46,635 nt of DNA from an uncultured Nitrosomonas sp. (GCA_965652935.1 CBFGXU010000001.1:1-46635); one strand, 5' to 3'. Shown: positions 1 through 11,482, numbered from the stretch's first letter. A program made the numbers and translations. Notes: generated by a model from the sequence alone, not told the origin.

Positions 1-197
1 ATGAGTTCTTCCAGATTTTTTGCTGTTTTTGCTTGATAAATCATCATAATTACTTCAGTTATTAAAAAGGTGCCTATTATTCTTCAATGTTGAAGTAATC
101 TCTGTTAGTTCTCTAACATAACCATAAATAAATGCAACCAGAAGCCATCGGCATGGGTTCTATAATAAATACATATTCTTATTCAGGGTGAATATAA

Positions 198-375
198 TCA
201 GATTTCAAATTCATAATCAATTTTACGGGTCGGATTCACTATAAGTTCATCAATTGCAAACTCCCAAGCTAAATCATAATAATCTTCATCAGTTGCATTC
301 TCATTTAAAACAATAAGATACTCAGAGATTGCTCCTTTGAAACCTTTTTTCAATAATCTTAACTTTTTTGATCAT
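198..375 (-). pseudogene. Frameshifted small acidic hypothetical protein (~58 aa)
   Basis: RBS AAAGGAG lies 8 nt before the ATG at 375. The frame reads MIKKVKIIEK, then after a +1 shift in the A6 run (345-350) continues GFKGAISEYLIVLNENATDEDYYDLAWEFAIDELIVNPTRKIDYEFEI*. Confidence 0.55.
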
Positions 376-566
376 GTTAATTGCTCCTTTCGATAAAGAA
401 GTATTCTTTACCCTTCCACATGATCAGTACAATTTTTAACGATAAAAAATAAAACATCAAAGAAGATTAACAACGTTTAGTTCTGCAGTTTCCCAATAGA
501 TAAACAGCGTACAGAAAAAGTTTGCCATTAAGTAAAACAATTATTTTCATACTGGGGTATTAAATA

Positions 567-885
567 ATGATCGATCTCATATTAAAGATTATTACTTGGG
601 CATGAGGGTCCTAACATTCTGAAAGGATCTGATTTAAGAATGGAAGTATTAAAATTAACATCGGGATTTAGCGAGCTGGTAGGCTGCTTAGATGAAAATA
701 AAGACTGCCGCGATGGCATTGGCAATGCGCTTAATTGAAACAGTATTATCTGCAGAATGCGAAACATTTCTTTGAATGATTACCTCCTAAATATTAAAGA
801 AATAACTGATCAACGAATAGTTGGCCGCAGGTTGATGAGGGAAGCGACACAATACCTGGGAAAATTAACTAAAAATATTTTTTAA
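567..885 (+). pseudogene. Degenerate MazG-like NTP pyrophosphohydrolase
   Basis: Reconstructed MIDLILKIITWA/EGPNILKGSDLRMEVLKLTSGFSELVGCLDENKDCRDGIGNALN*... resembles phage-type MazG-like proteins (WAxxRNIxxGS...KL..E..EL...DCRDDIGD). There is one frameshift near 603 and an in-frame TGA. Confidence 0.5.
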
Positions 886-1393
886 AAATGAGGGCATTAG
901 AATTAATATGGGTTATTTTTCTATTTTGATTAAGTACCTCATTCAAAGTCAAAGCTGACCTCATGCCAGTGCGATTATTATTGAAGCCAATTTGATCAAC
1001 GATCTATAAAACGGATAAGTAGCATAAATTAAGGACAATTTACCACCGATTGCTAGGGCAATCATGACATGATGGCGAATTTGGTAAGACCGTAAATAGC
1101 TTAACCTTAACGAGACCTGGCACTTCGAGTGCGCTGCAATGATCAGGGGTTATTTAGCGAATTCCATCAGGGATAGGGGCACGTCCAATAGTAATCCGAA
1201 TGTATGGCTGCAATCTAAACCAATTCATCATCAGCAATTGAATGCCTGGCAAATTGTGGGTGTCCATGTAAGGTCTCAAATAATTTTTATCTTCGGAAAC
1301 CCAGTGATTCATACGACACATGAGCGATTGCCTGGGAAGGCGACTGGCAAGATACTGGCTAGTTTACCCACAAATTACACAAACATTACCTGA

Positions 1394-2485
1394 TCAATTG
1401 TCAGAAATTCCGAATTTATAGCGCTTCTTTAAAAAATAGAAGATTTTGCAAAAGTCTCTCTGAGAATTTATTGGTGTGCTATTGCTCGTGAGTTCTTGTG
1501 CATCAATAGGTATCGATGGATCAGGTATCGGCCGCATAGCCCCAAGCACAGCAGCAATCATGTAGAGATTCCAGGCGCAAGCGGATAGTAGTGCATCGGC
1601 CAAGCTTTTTTTTCTGATTGCCAAAATAGTAATTCCAACCAACCAGACCAGGCATTCAGCGATAATAAATACCGGCATGAACGCCATTGCTCCCCAATAC
1701 GCCGCAATGATTGCAAATATCACTGCGGTCAAGTGGAGTATGGGGGCAGCAAATACGAACCACGTTTGACGTACACAAAACCACCACCATGGTTGCCCAA
1801 ACGCGGTACGAAGATACATGCCGTAGGCATGCATGCGGCGATTTCGCCATAATCGTTTCAGCCTTTGAAAATTGCTTTCCGAGTGACCCGTGTGATGCAC
1901 CGCGACATATGGCAGTCGAACCAAACGCCAGCCGTTGGCTCTCAATCGAGCGCCAAGTTCCGCTTCTTCACAAGCCGGGAGCCATCGATGTGCAAGATAA
2001 TCAACAGATTCAATTGCTTTGCGGCGGTAAAGGCCACCTCCGTCAAGTTGTCCCACTTCCTCGCTTTGCTGTAATGCAGATGCGGCGAAAGCACGCCGTT
2101 TATCGGCCAGAGTTTGTATATGCGTGTCAATTAGTTTTCCGGCAACACCCGCAACATCGGGATTGGATTCAAGATATCTCATCGCTTCTATTAAGAAGCC
2201 AGATTGCATGACCATATCGCCATCTAATAAATACAAGTATTCGCCGCGTGCATACTGATAGCCCAACTGAACGGCGGAAGCGCATCCGCAATCGGTTTTG
2301 TGAGAAAACTGAATAATCCCTACTGGATAGCGTCGTGCAATTTCCACCGTCCGATCGCTTGAAAGTGAATCAATCAAGATGACTTCACCGTCGCCAATTT
2401 TCTGTATCTCAGCTAAAGCTGCATCTAGACAGCTGGCAATCAATTCTTCTTCATTAAGCGCTTTAATCAAAATTGAAAGTTTCAT
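1394..2485 (-). CDS. Glycosyltransferase family 2
   Basis: N-terminal KLSILIKALNEE, IDSLSSDRT, a DxD-type LDGD motif and C-terminal TM helices. Start placed at the ATG at 2485 rather than 2575. Confidence 0.85.
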   Translation of the reverse strand: MKLSILIKALNEEELIASCLDAALAEIQKIGDGEVILIDSLSSDRTVEIARRYPVGIIQFSHKTDCGCASAVQLGYQYARGEYLYLLDGDMVMQSGFLIEAMRYLESNPDVAGVAGKLIDTHIQTLADKRRAFAASALQQSEEVGQLDGGGLYRRKAIESVDYLAHRWLPACEEAELGARLRANGWRLVRLPYVAVHHTGHSESNFQRLKRLWRNRRMHAYGMYLRTAFGQPWWWFCVRQTWFVFAAPILHLTAVIFAIIAAYWGAMAFMPVFIIAECLVWLVGITILAIRKKSLADALLSACAWNLYMIAAVLGAMRPIPDPSIPIDAQELTSNSTPINSQRDFCKIFYFLKKRYKFGISDN

Positions 2486-2564
2486 TTCTTTGTTATTCCC
2501 TGAAACAATGGAAAATTTCATCAGAGTTTTTTCCGCAGCAAATACGATTCTCATGCTGCCCCCA

Positions 2565-3005
2565 ACATAATTCATTAGGTGACATGTTACCTCTGGTCAT
2601 ACGAGGCCGATTGTTTAGCCGATCCATAGCCTGTTTAATCTGATCATTAATCACCTGAAGTCAGTTTCTTTTGGAAAGTACTGCCTTATCAGTCCGTTTT
2701 GTTTTCATTTGTACCGCGCTCCCAAGATATATAGGGAGGTGCAAAATATATTGCCGCATTCAATTTATTCGCAAGGATGGCATACCCGGCAAATTCCAAC
2801 CGCTATTCCTTTCCCTAGCATGGTATCTCCTTCCCAATCGACAATGTGGTTCTTTTATCGACCACTTCCGGCCGCTTTTCAATGCTGCCTCTGCCTTTGA
2901 TCTTGCCGCGCCCGTCGTAATGGTCATATCCTTTACGATACGCCTTTGAGGCTATCCCGCCTTTGGTTAATTGGCTGATATACCAAATAAACTCCCACCT
3001 GTCTA
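2565..3005 (-). mobile_element. IS30-family transposase remnant (frameshifted, internally deleted)
   Basis: Minus-strand pieces in order: SIEKRPEVVDKR, DWEGDT (2822-2839), IYFAPPYISWERGTNEN (to 2701), LIRQYFPK, LNNRPR. These are diagnostic IS30 motifs. Confidence 0.85.
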
Positions 3006-3099
3006 TTATCCCGGAGCAAAAGCAAGCTTAATTGCATAAAATGATATGATTATGTTTTAAATCAATTTATTGAAGCAATCACTATGAGAAAGTAATCAC

Positions 3100-3325
3100 T
3101 ATGAGTTTCTCAGAATTTGCCGTATCAGCAAAGAGAATTTTCTGAATCAAATAGATCAATTGATTGACTGGAAACCGATAGGGCAAGTAATCGTACCGCA
3201 TTACACGCCTGCATCAGGTGCCGCCAGCCTCCGGCATAACCTATTGCTACTTTCAAGATGCTGCTGGTAGGAGTCTGGAACGGTGAGCTCAGTGATGAAG
3301 CGGTAAAAGACATAGAAACCAGAAC
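3100..3325 (+). mobile_element. IS5-family transposase N-terminal remnant
   Basis: FLNQIDQLIDWKPI...HY, then after a frameshift FKMLLVGVWNGELSDEAVKD; typical IS5 N-terminal region. The rest of the gene is missing. Confidence 0.7.
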
Positions 3326-3479
3326 AGTGCTGCAGAACCAACGCCATAAGCAAATAGTGCATAAGCAATAGCAAAATCCGCGAGATAGAATATTAGGCTT
3401 GTTTACGAATTGATTAATCAGTGTATTCATAAACTTATATTTTCTCGTCTATACACCGCGCGAACCTACAGCCCAGCCG

Positions 3480-5522
3480 TCAGTCTCTCTTTCTGGTCTT
3501 CCGCCAGACTCGCAAAACCTCTGCTACACTCCAGGCCTGTGCGATGCAACCGCGAGAATAGTAGGGATGCTCCGCATCGAAAATCTCGCTAATGGTACCA
3601 ATACCTCCATCCAGGAGATGCGCTCGAAACCCCTCCAGCATGCGGCGTCCCTGGGGAAGGTCCCCATAAATTTTGAGCCATGCGTCGATGAAGGGACCGA
3701 TCAACCAAGCCCAGACCGTACCCTGGTGGTAGGCTGCATCTCTTGCTCGAAGATCGCCGAAATACGTCCGTTTATAATCCCGATGAGCCGGATCCAGGCT
3801 CCTTAATCCCACCGGGGTCAGCAATCGGTCTGCCACTACATCGATCACGGGGCGCCATTTCACTTCTTCCAAAATTGGATGGGGAAGCGAGATCGCCAGG
3901 ATCTGGTTCGGACGCAGGCTGCTATCATCGCCCAGTTCTCCATCGACAACGTCCAGCAAGTACCCCAGCTTGGGATCCCAGAAACGGCGATTGAACGACT
4001 GCGCCGCGTGGCTGGCCATAACCGTCCAGCGCTCGGAAGGCTCACCGACCACAGGTCCCCAATCGGCCATACAGCACAGCGCGTTGTACCAGAGGGCCTG
4101 GATTTCGACCGGCTTGCCGCGTCGTGGCGTCACGACCCAATCGCCCACCTTGGCATCCATCCAGGTGAGCTGATAGCCGTCCGCACCAGCATATAGAAGG
4201 CCGTCATGCTGGTCGACCTTGATGCCAAAATGCGTTCCCTTCACATGGTGGTCGATTACAGAGACCAACACCGGATGCAAAACCCGCAGCGTCTCGCGGT
4301 CGCCAGTCGTTCTGTAATAGCGATCCAGGGCATGGAAATACCACAGCGTGGCGTCCACCGTATGGTAGAGGGCTTGTCGTTGCCCTTCTGGAAAGAGATT
4401 TGGAAGTAAGCCGTCCCGCACGTAGCGGCCGAAGGTTCGCAGAATGGACCGAGCCTCCTGATAACGACCGGTGCAGAGTGTCAATCCCTCGAGACTGATC
4501 ATGGTGTCGCGTCCCCAGTCGGTAAACCAGTGATACCCGGCGATGATCGTGTGGGGTTTGTCACCGGATGAGTGGAGCGCATGCGTATCGACACGGGATG
4601 CGGGAATGACGATGAATTGGTCAGCTGCCAACGTCAGCCATCGTTCCATGCCGTCTTCCGCCGATTCATCGACATGCGCCAGCAAGGCGCTCAGTCGATG
4701 AACTTCTGCCTCAACGATGGCCTGCGCTTCGTATTCGAGTTGGTCCCAGGATTCGGTACTGGCCACGAAGGATACGGGCCGATCCGGCGTCAGCTCGACA
4801 GTGAAATAACCAGGACTTGACAGGTCCTCGATGCATTCGGATCCCCGATCCCGATCGACGCGATAACAGACACCGCGACTGGTGACTGCGGCCTCTACAA
4901 AGTGCCCGTCTGGCGGTCTGATGCACATTCGTAAGGGCGGAGCATCTTCGCAGAACCAGAGTTCAAAGCGCCCATCGAGGAGGATCGGCGGAAAGGCTGG
5001 TTGCTCACCTTCACTGATCTTCGCGTCGAGCTTGCGGAAAGCCAGGAATGGCCGGAGCCGGAGTTGTAGCGGTTTACCCTCGAGCAGACGGTATTCCACA
5101 TACACTGTGTTACGGCCGCGCGGCATGATGATTCGCTTTTCCAAATGTCGTCCTCTGATCGCCATGCGCCAGACGGGCGTCTGCCACTCGCGACTGAACT
5201 CTGTGAGCAGTCGCGGAAGATCGCTCACCAAGCGGCCATCTTCGTATTCTACCCCGCTGATGAGCAAGGATTCTCCGTCGGCGATGACTTCTTCGTCGAA
5301 TCGGGGCATCAAAACCGTACGTCCCCAGGGCGCCGGCAGATCCGGCACAAACAATCCGTGATACCGTCGCGTCGGAGCCCCTAGCAGTGTCGAGGAAGCA
5401 TAGCCGCCGAGTCCGTTCGTCACCAGCCATTCCTTGGAAAGGAAGGCGTCGGCGTCGGGTAGCTGGTCACGCGGAACAGTTAATATTATGGCATCGTTAC
5501 CTAGTGACATATCCATCGCCAT
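3480..5522 (-). CDS. Amylo-alpha-1,6-glucosidase / glycogen debranching enzyme (GH133, archaeal type)
   Basis: EWLVTNGLGGYASST, TRRYHGL, IIAGYHWFTDWGRDTMISL, LTWMDAK, AYHQGTVW, GCIAQAWSVAE; GAGGAG RBS. Confidence 0.93.
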   Translation of the reverse strand: MAMDMSLGNDAIILTVPRDQLPDADAFLSKEWLVTNGLGGYASSTLLGAPTRRYHGLFVPDLPAPWGRTVLMPRFDEEVIADGESLLISGVEYEDGRLVSDLPRLLTEFSREWQTPVWRMAIRGRHLEKRIIMPRGRNTVYVEYRLLEGKPLQLRLRPFLAFRKLDAKISEGEQPAFPPILLDGRFELWFCEDAPPLRMCIRPPDGHFVEAAVTSRGVCYRVDRDRGSECIEDLSSPGYFTVELTPDRPVSFVASTESWDQLEYEAQAIVEAEVHRLSALLAHVDESAEDGMERWLTLAADQFIVIPASRVDTHALHSSGDKPHTIIAGYHWFTDWGRDTMISLEGLTLCTGRYQEARSILRTFGRYVRDGLLPNLFPEGQRQALYHTVDATLWYFHALDRYYRTTGDRETLRVLHPVLVSVIDHHVKGTHFGIKVDQHDGLLYAGADGYQLTWMDAKVGDWVVTPRRGKPVEIQALWYNALCCMADWGPVVGEPSERWTVMASHAAQSFNRRFWDPKLGYLLDVVDGELGDDSSLRPNQILAISLPHPILEEVKWRPVIDVVADRLLTPVGLRSLDPAHRDYKRTYFGDLRARDAAYHQGTVWAWLIGPFIDAWLKIYGDLPQGRRMLEGFRAHLLDGGIGTISEIFDAEHPYYSRGCIAQAWSVAEVLRVWRKTRKRD

Positions 5523-5564
5523 CGTTATTTAACTCCTCTTCTGAATTCACGAATCGATTCTGGC

Positions 5565-7481
5565 TTAAGCCGGTGCGGCGGCATACAGGATCGCAGATCC
5601 TGCGGGCAGTCTCCAGCCCTGCTCGGTCAATGGCTCAATGACACCCGGGCCTCCATAACTGGGGGCATCGCTCGACCAGACGAACGACCAGGAGCGCCCG
5701 ACGAGCGGAGCCAGCAAGGGCTCAGGCGCAGGTTGATAGGGCAGATCGGCTCCCAGATTGACGAGCAATAGGCGGTCGTCCCCGTCGCGTCCCATGTATC
5801 GCAAAAGAAACGCCTGGGTGCCCAGCACAGCTCCATCAACTGCTTCGCGCGCTTGTTGCGCAATTACCGGATCTTCGCGCCGGAGGCGAAGGAGGTCCCG
5901 GTGCAAGGCATACCATTCGGCATGGCGCTCCCGCTCGGACAGGTCCAGTCGCGAACGTTCATAAACCGAGGGATCGGATGGATCGACAATATTTGCCTGT
6001 GCGGCCGGCGAGCCGTAACTGGGAAATTGTGCGAGAAACTGCTTGCGTCCCTGATGAATATCTGCGGCCAATTTACCGGGAGGAAAATCGACAAAATAAT
6101 GAAAGGGGGAGGAGGCTCCGAACTCCTGTCCCATGAAGAGCATGGGAGTTTGGGGCGCCAGAAGCAGCAGCGTGGTCAAGGCACGATAAATCCCGGGACT
6201 GGTCTTGGTATGCAGTCGATCTGCCCGCAACTGATTAGCAACCTGATCATGGTTTTGCAGAAAAAATACAAATCCCTCAGCCGGTTCATGCGACACCACG
6301 GTGCCTCGCGATTTTTTTTGCCACTGGTAGCGCTGGCCTTGGTAGAGAAAGCCGCGCTTCACGCTAGAGATCAATTCTTGCGGCGATCCCCGGTAATCAG
6401 TGAAGTACCCTTCGCTGCGACCGGTGGCAGCCACGCGAGTCGTGTGATGAAAATCTTCGCTCCACACGGCATCGAGCCCCCATCCACCCTGCGCGATCGG
6501 TTGAATGAGCCAAACCCACTGGGCTTCGCATTCGGCCACCAGGATGATCGACCGTGCTCCCGCCGCCTTCCTGGCCGCCTGGGACAGCTCAGCGATGACA
6601 TGCATGGGACTGGCATCATGAAAAGCATGAACCGCATCCAGACGTAACCCGTCCAGGTGATATTCCTCAATCCAATAACAGGCATTCCCAATAAAAAACT
6701 TCCGCACCTCCTGCGATCCCGGTCCGTCGAAGTTGATCGCCTGGCCCCATTCGTTGTCATACCGGTCGGTGAAATACTCATCGCCGAACGCTGGCAGATA
6801 ATTGCCATCCGGCCCCATATGGTTATACACGACGTCGAGAATGACTCCCAACCCTCGCTGGTGGGCCTCGTCCACGAACCGTTTCAACGCTTGGGGATCA
6901 CCGTAGACGTGAGAAGGAGCGTAGAGCCCGACCCCGTCATACCCCCAATTCCATCGACCCGGAAACTCCGCCACCGGCATGATTTCAATGACTGTGATCC
7001 CGAGCTCCTTCAGGGCGTCAAGTTGGGTGATGGCCGAGTCAAACGTGCCGCCCAGGGTGAAGGTTCCCACGTGCATCTCATAGATCACCTGTCCATGCAT
7101 CCTGACTCCCGGCCATCCATGATCTCTCCATGCATAAGTGCTGGGATCCACGATCAACGAAGGTCCGTGGGGGCCTTGTGGTTGAAATCGCGAACACGGA
7201 TCCGGATAGCACTGCTCCCCGTCCAATCGATAGCGGTAGGTCATACCTGCCGAAGCGTCCCGGATCAGTCCCGACCAGTAACCCTTATCCTCTCTCGTAA
7301 GAGGATATCCTTCATTTCTCCCCTCGAGAATTACCTCGACTGAAGTCGGCTTGGGTGCCCAACAGCGAAACCACACTCCTTCCTGGCTGACTCTCGCCCC
7401 AAGATGCGCTGTTCCGGCTGACTGGCTGGGGCAATCAATCCTCTCCTTCTTCGGCGTCTCGGTTAACTTAGAGCTATTCAT
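5565..7481 (-). CDS. treZ: Malto-oligosyltrehalose trehalohydrolase (GH13)
   Basis: PDPCSRFQPQGPHGPS, WNWGYDGV, DVVYNHMGPDGNYL, LRLDAVHA, QNHDQVAN, PMLFMGQE. Confidence 0.92.
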   Translation of the reverse strand: MNSSKLTETPKKERIDCPSQSAGTAHLGARVSQEGVWFRCWAPKPTSVEVILEGRNEGYPLTREDKGYWSGLIRDASAGMTYRYRLDGEQCYPDPCSRFQPQGPHGPSLIVDPSTYAWRDHGWPGVRMHGQVIYEMHVGTFTLGGTFDSAITQLDALKELGITVIEIMPVAEFPGRWNWGYDGVGLYAPSHVYGDPQALKRFVDEAHQRGLGVILDVVYNHMGPDGNYLPAFGDEYFTDRYDNEWGQAINFDGPGSQEVRKFFIGNACYWIEEYHLDGLRLDAVHAFHDASPMHVIAELSQAARKAAGARSIILVAECEAQWVWLIQPIAQGGWGLDAVWSEDFHHTTRVAATGRSEGYFTDYRGSPQELISSVKRGFLYQGQRYQWQKKSRGTVVSHEPAEGFVFFLQNHDQVANQLRADRLHTKTSPGIYRALTTLLLLAPQTPMLFMGQEFGASSPFHYFVDFPPGKLAADIHQGRKQFLAQFPSYGSPAAQANIVDPSDPSVYERSRLDLSERERHAEWYALHRDLLRLRREDPVIAQQAREAVDGAVLGTQAFLLRYMGRDGDDRLLLVNLGADLPYQPAPEPLLAPLVGRSWSFVWSSDAPSYGGPGVIEPLTEQGWRLPAGSAILYAAAPA

Positions 7482-7683
7482 AATATTCTCCCAAGGTTTG
7501 ACTGACCGTTTGCAGTCTCATCGTTTGAAATAATTATTCTCGGAATTTTTGTGAAAATGACTAAAAAACTTACCGCTCACAAAAAAATGATGTGATAATC
7601 ATTTAATTTACTGTTTCTTAAGATAAAATGTCAATAGACTCGGGGCTGACGTTTGCTGGCTGTAGAGGATTTAAAGCGACATT

Positions 7684-9840
7684 TTATTTGGTTTTTTCTC
7701 TGACATGCATTAACAAAACAAGAGAGCGCCCCTGCATGATATAGCTATCGCCATGATAGTAATTCTTTTCCGTCACCTTTGGAAATGTGGAGCTGACGGT
7801 ATCGATAACCACTTGCCATTCTTGCTCTCCAGCAATATCCGGTATGGAAAATGCAATTTCTTCATGGTGCGCATTGAGCAGTAGAAGAAAATCATCATCC
7901 TCAATCAGATTTCCATATTTGTCACGCATCATAATCGCTGAGCCCGCCAGATAGAGACCCAGGGAACGAGCGTAACTATTCGTCCATTCTTCGTCATCCA
8001 TCTCTTGACCACTGCAATTGAGCCAAATGATATCCTTTGTTCCCTTAATGACTTGTCCTTGAAAAAAGTTGTGCCGGTGAAAAGCTGGATGCGCTCTAAT
8101 GAACTGTATGAGGCTCTGGACAAATTGCATTAATTCCTGATTTTCTTCAATCAACTTCCAGTTGATCCAGCTGATTTCGTTGTCTTGACAATAAGCGTTG
8201 TTATTGCCTCGCTGGCTACGCCCCATTTCGTCACCGGCCAACAACATCGGGACACCTTGTGAAAGAAATAAAGTTGAGAGAAAGTTGCGCTTTTGCCGCA
8301 TACGCAACTCAAGAATATTCGGATCATCGGTTTCACCTTCTACACCACAGTTCCAGCTCCGGTTATGAGATTCTCCATCACGATTATCTTCCAGATTGGC
8401 TTCATTATGCTTCTGGTTGTAACTGACCAGATCATGCAAAGTAAACCCATCATGTGCTGTAATAAAATTAATACTGGCATAGGGGCGACGACCACTATGC
8501 TCGTAGAGGTCGCTAGAGCCTGTTAAGCGGTAGCCAATATCGTCGATGACACCTCCCTCGCCCCGCCAGTAATCCCGCACAGCATCACGGTATTTACCGT
8601 TCCATTCGGTCCAGCCAACCGGGAAATTACCCACCTGGTATCCACCTTCACCCAGATCCCACGGTTCGGCAATCAGCTTGACCTGAGAAAGAATCGGATC
8701 CTGATGAATGATATCCAGGAACGTACTGAGGCGGTTCACTTCATGTAAACCCCGGGCCAGTGCAGATGCCAGGTCAAAGCGAAAACCATCCACGTGCATC
8801 TCAAGTACCCAGTAACGCAGACTGTCCATGATCAGTTGCAGGACCCGGGGATGAATCATGTTGAGTGAATTGCCACAACCCGTATAATCCATGTAATAAC
8901 GTTTATCATTCGGCATCAAGCGATAGTAAGCGGCATTGTCGATCCCCCGAAATGACAGCGTTGGTCCCAATTGATTACCCTCTGCTGTGTGGTTGTAGAC
9001 AACATCCAGGATTACCTCGATATTGGCAGCGTGCAATATCTTGACCATGGTCTTGAATTCGTTGATCAGACCTGTTGAAGAGTAACGACTATCCGGCGCA
9101 AAAAAACCAATGGAATTATAGCCCCAGTAGTTGCGCAAGCCTTTCTCTACCAGATGGCGATCATCAATGAAAGTATGGATCGGCATCAACTCTACGGTGG
9201 TGATACCCAACTTTCGGAAATGCTCGATCACCGGCTCAGTGGCCAGTGCGGCGTATGTTCCACGCAGCTCTTGTTCTATCTCAGGATGCATCTGCGTAAA
9301 ACCCTTAACATGCAGTTCATAAATAACAGTTTCTTGCCAGGGTATATTGGGTGGCTGATCATCACCCCAAGTGAAAGCAGGATCAACTACCCGACCCTTC
9401 GGCACATCACGTGAATTATCCGTACTGTCAAAAGACAGATCTTCGCGAGAGTTATTAATTTCGTAGCCAAAATGAGCATCACTCCATCGCAGCGCTCCCA
9501 GGATATCCCTGGCATAAGGATCCAGTAATAACTTATTGGGGTTAAAACGATGTCCTTCTTCAGGCTTGTAAGGACCATACACCCGATAGCCATACAGTAA
9601 GCCTGGACGAGCCTCCGGAAGATAGATATGCCATACCTGATCGGTTTGCTCATGTAATTCGATACGTTGAATCTCAAGTTGCTCTTTCGGGTCAAACAAG
9701 CATAATTCCACTTTTTCTGCATGTTCCGAGAAGAGCGCGAAATTGACACCCGAACCGTCCCAGGTAGCGCCCAGTGGATATGACTTGCCAGGCCACAGGC
9801 GCGAGAAAGGTTTGCTATTTTTGTGGATTTTATTATTCAT
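7684..9840 (-). CDS. glgX: Glycogen debranching enzyme GlgX (isoamylase)
   Basis: [58 protein letters not shown] at 9840 has a GGAGG RBS and overlaps the glgC stop. Confidence 0.95.
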   Translation of the reverse strand: MNNKIHKNSKPFSRLWPGKSYPLGATWDGSGVNFALFSEHAEKVELCLFDPKEQLEIQRIELHEQTDQVWHIYLPEARPGLLYGYRVYGPYKPEEGHRFNPNKLLLDPYARDILGALRWSDAHFGYEINNSREDLSFDSTDNSRDVPKGRVVDPAFTWGDDQPPNIPWQETVIYELHVKGFTQMHPEIEQELRGTYAALATEPVIEHFRKLGITTVELMPIHTFIDDRHLVEKGLRNYWGYNSIGFFAPDSRYSSTGLINEFKTMVKILHAANIEVILDVVYNHTAEGNQLGPTLSFRGIDNAAYYRLMPNDKRYYMDYTGCGNSLNMIHPRVLQLIMDSLRYWVLEMHVDGFRFDLASALARGLHEVNRLSTFLDIIHQDPILSQVKLIAEPWDLGEGGYQVGNFPVGWTEWNGKYRDAVRDYWRGEGGVIDDIGYRLTGSSDLYEHSGRRPYASINFITAHDGFTLHDLVSYNQKHNEANLEDNRDGESHNRSWNCGVEGETDDPNILELRMRQKRNFLSTLFLSQGVPMLLAGDEMGRSQRGNNNAYCQDNEISWINWKLIEENQELMQFVQSLIQFIRAHPAFHRHNFFQGQVIKGTKDIIWLNCSGQEMDDEEWTNSYARSLGLYLAGSAIMMRDKYGNLIEDDDFLLLLNAHHEEIAFSIPDIAGEQEWQVVIDTVSSTFPKVTEKNYYHGDSYIMQGRSLVLLMHVREKTK

Positions 9841-11098
9841 TGTATCCTCCGCCCTTTCCTCTTGAGCCACGGGCATAATAACTGGTATCACCTAATGGCA
9901 CTACTACTAGGCCGGAGGGTGTAACATGATATCGTCGTCGGTCTTTTTCAGAATCGTAACCTATCCGAGAATTCACTTCGATAAAGTTATGGCAGTCCAC
10001 AATAGCGCGGCGCAGTTTTGCACCTTCACCAATTCTGACATAGTCCATGATGATGCAATCTTCCAGTTCAACGCCAGGTTCGATGAATGATTCACGACAT
10101 ATAATGCAATTCCTGACATGAGCCTGATTGATTACAGTGCCTGCACCCAGCAAACTGTTTTCAATCTGTCCGCCGATTACCCGTGCAACCGGACCTTGAT
10201 AGCCACTCGAGTAAATCGGCCACTGGGGATTGAAGATATCAAAACGTGGTGTCATTCCCAGCATATCCTGATTTGCCTCGAAATAAGCATCAAGCGAGCC
10301 CACATCGCGCCAATAACCTCTTTCTTCGTAAGATTTGATGTCAGGTACTTCATTAGTAAAAAAATCATAGGCAAACAGTTTGTGGCTCTCAAGCATCATC
10401 GGTAGCACATGTTGTCCAAAATCTGTTTCATTCCGCCGGCGCATATTCTGTAATGCCTCAATCAAAGCATTTGTATCAAACAAATAATTACCCATGGAAA
10501 CATAAGCTTGTCCAGAATCTGCAGGAATTGCCTCAGGCTGATCCGGTTTTTCCTGAAATCCGCGTATACGGCCCTCGGGGTCTGTTTCAATGACACCGAA
10601 ATTTGTTGCTTGCTCAATGGGTATAGGCACCGCTGCGACACTAACGTCAGCCTGACGTTGCGTGTGAAATTTCACCATTTGCCTGATATCCATTCGATAA
10701 ATATGATCAGCTCCAAATACTGCTACGATGTCAGGCTGGTGCTCCTTGATCAAATTCATATTCTGATAAACGGCGTCGGCAGTGCCACTGAACCATGAAC
10801 TACCCCGATGCATTTGTGGAGGAACCACGGTTACAAACTGTTCTGGTATCAAGGGAGAAATTGTCCATGCCTTGCGAATATGATCAATGAGTGACTGCGA
10901 TTTATACTGCACCAATAGGTAAATGCAGCGTATATTTGAATTGATCAAATTACTCAGCACAAAATCAACAATACGATAACGGCCGCCAAAAGGAACACTT
11001 GGCTTGCTACGTTCTGAAGTTAATGGTTGCAGGCGATTACCTTCTCCACCGGCCATTACAAACGCCAAAATTTTTGGCTGGAATTGATCCTCTGACAT
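9833..11098 (-). CDS. glgC: Glucose-1-phosphate adenylyltransferase
   Basis: [59 protein letters not shown]. Confidence 0.95.
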   Translation of the reverse strand: MSEDQFQPKILAFVMAGGEGNRLQPLTSERSKPSVPFGGRYRIVDFVLSNLINSNIRCIYLLVQYKSQSLIDHIRKAWTISPLIPEQFVTVVPPQMHRGSSWFSGTADAVYQNMNLIKEHQPDIVAVFGADHIYRMDIRQMVKFHTQRQADVSVAAVPIPIEQATNFGVIETDPEGRIRGFQEKPDQPEAIPADSGQAYVSMGNYLFDTNALIEALQNMRRRNETDFGQHVLPMMLESHKLFAYDFFTNEVPDIKSYEERGYWRDVGSLDAYFEANQDMLGMTPRFDIFNPQWPIYSSGYQGPVARVIGGQIENSLLGAGTVINQAHVRNCIICRESFIEPGVELEDCIIMDYVRIGEGAKLRRAIVDCHNFIEVNSRIGYDSEKDRRRYHVTPSGLVVVPLGDTSYYARGSRGKGGGYNE

Positions 11099-11202
11099 GA
11101 TTATCCCTCAACAATTTTTGGGTGCTTTCAAGATAACAGCAATGTCATCCATAATAGGGATCAATTCTATACTATGATTCAGTTCATAGCGCAGTTCATC
11201 AA

Positions 11203-11218
11203 TGTCTTTTTCCATACA
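11203..11218. promoter_or_regulatory. TGT-N10-ACA box upstream of glgC
   Basis: TGTCTTTTTCCATACA, 105-120 bp before the glgC start; core match only. Confidence 0.3.
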
Positions 11219-11482
11219 AACCATTCAACTAATGGGTTAGCGTGCACAAAACACCCTTTTTCGTAATAACCGGACAAGAAGGCTTTTTCAACTTAAAATC
11301 CGTTCAAGCACGTAAGACGGGAATCAGTCGTGGATATTGTGGTCCGAAAAGCCGGGATAGATTAAAAGTTAAAATTACTCATCAGCGAGGTAGCAGTACC
11401 ACTTGGTTATTGAACGCGGCTAACCATGTAGTTGATACGATTTCTATCAGCTACAAAATCCGGATAGGATGCGAATATTACC

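Noticed and set aside
890-1393. ORF 1139-1393 and surrounding DNA
   Set aside because: No RBS, motif or recognisable homology in any frame I translated; left unassigned.
5853-7343. 264-aa and 228-aa plus-strand ORFs
   Set aside because: Antisense shadows of GC-rich treZ; no motifs or RBS.
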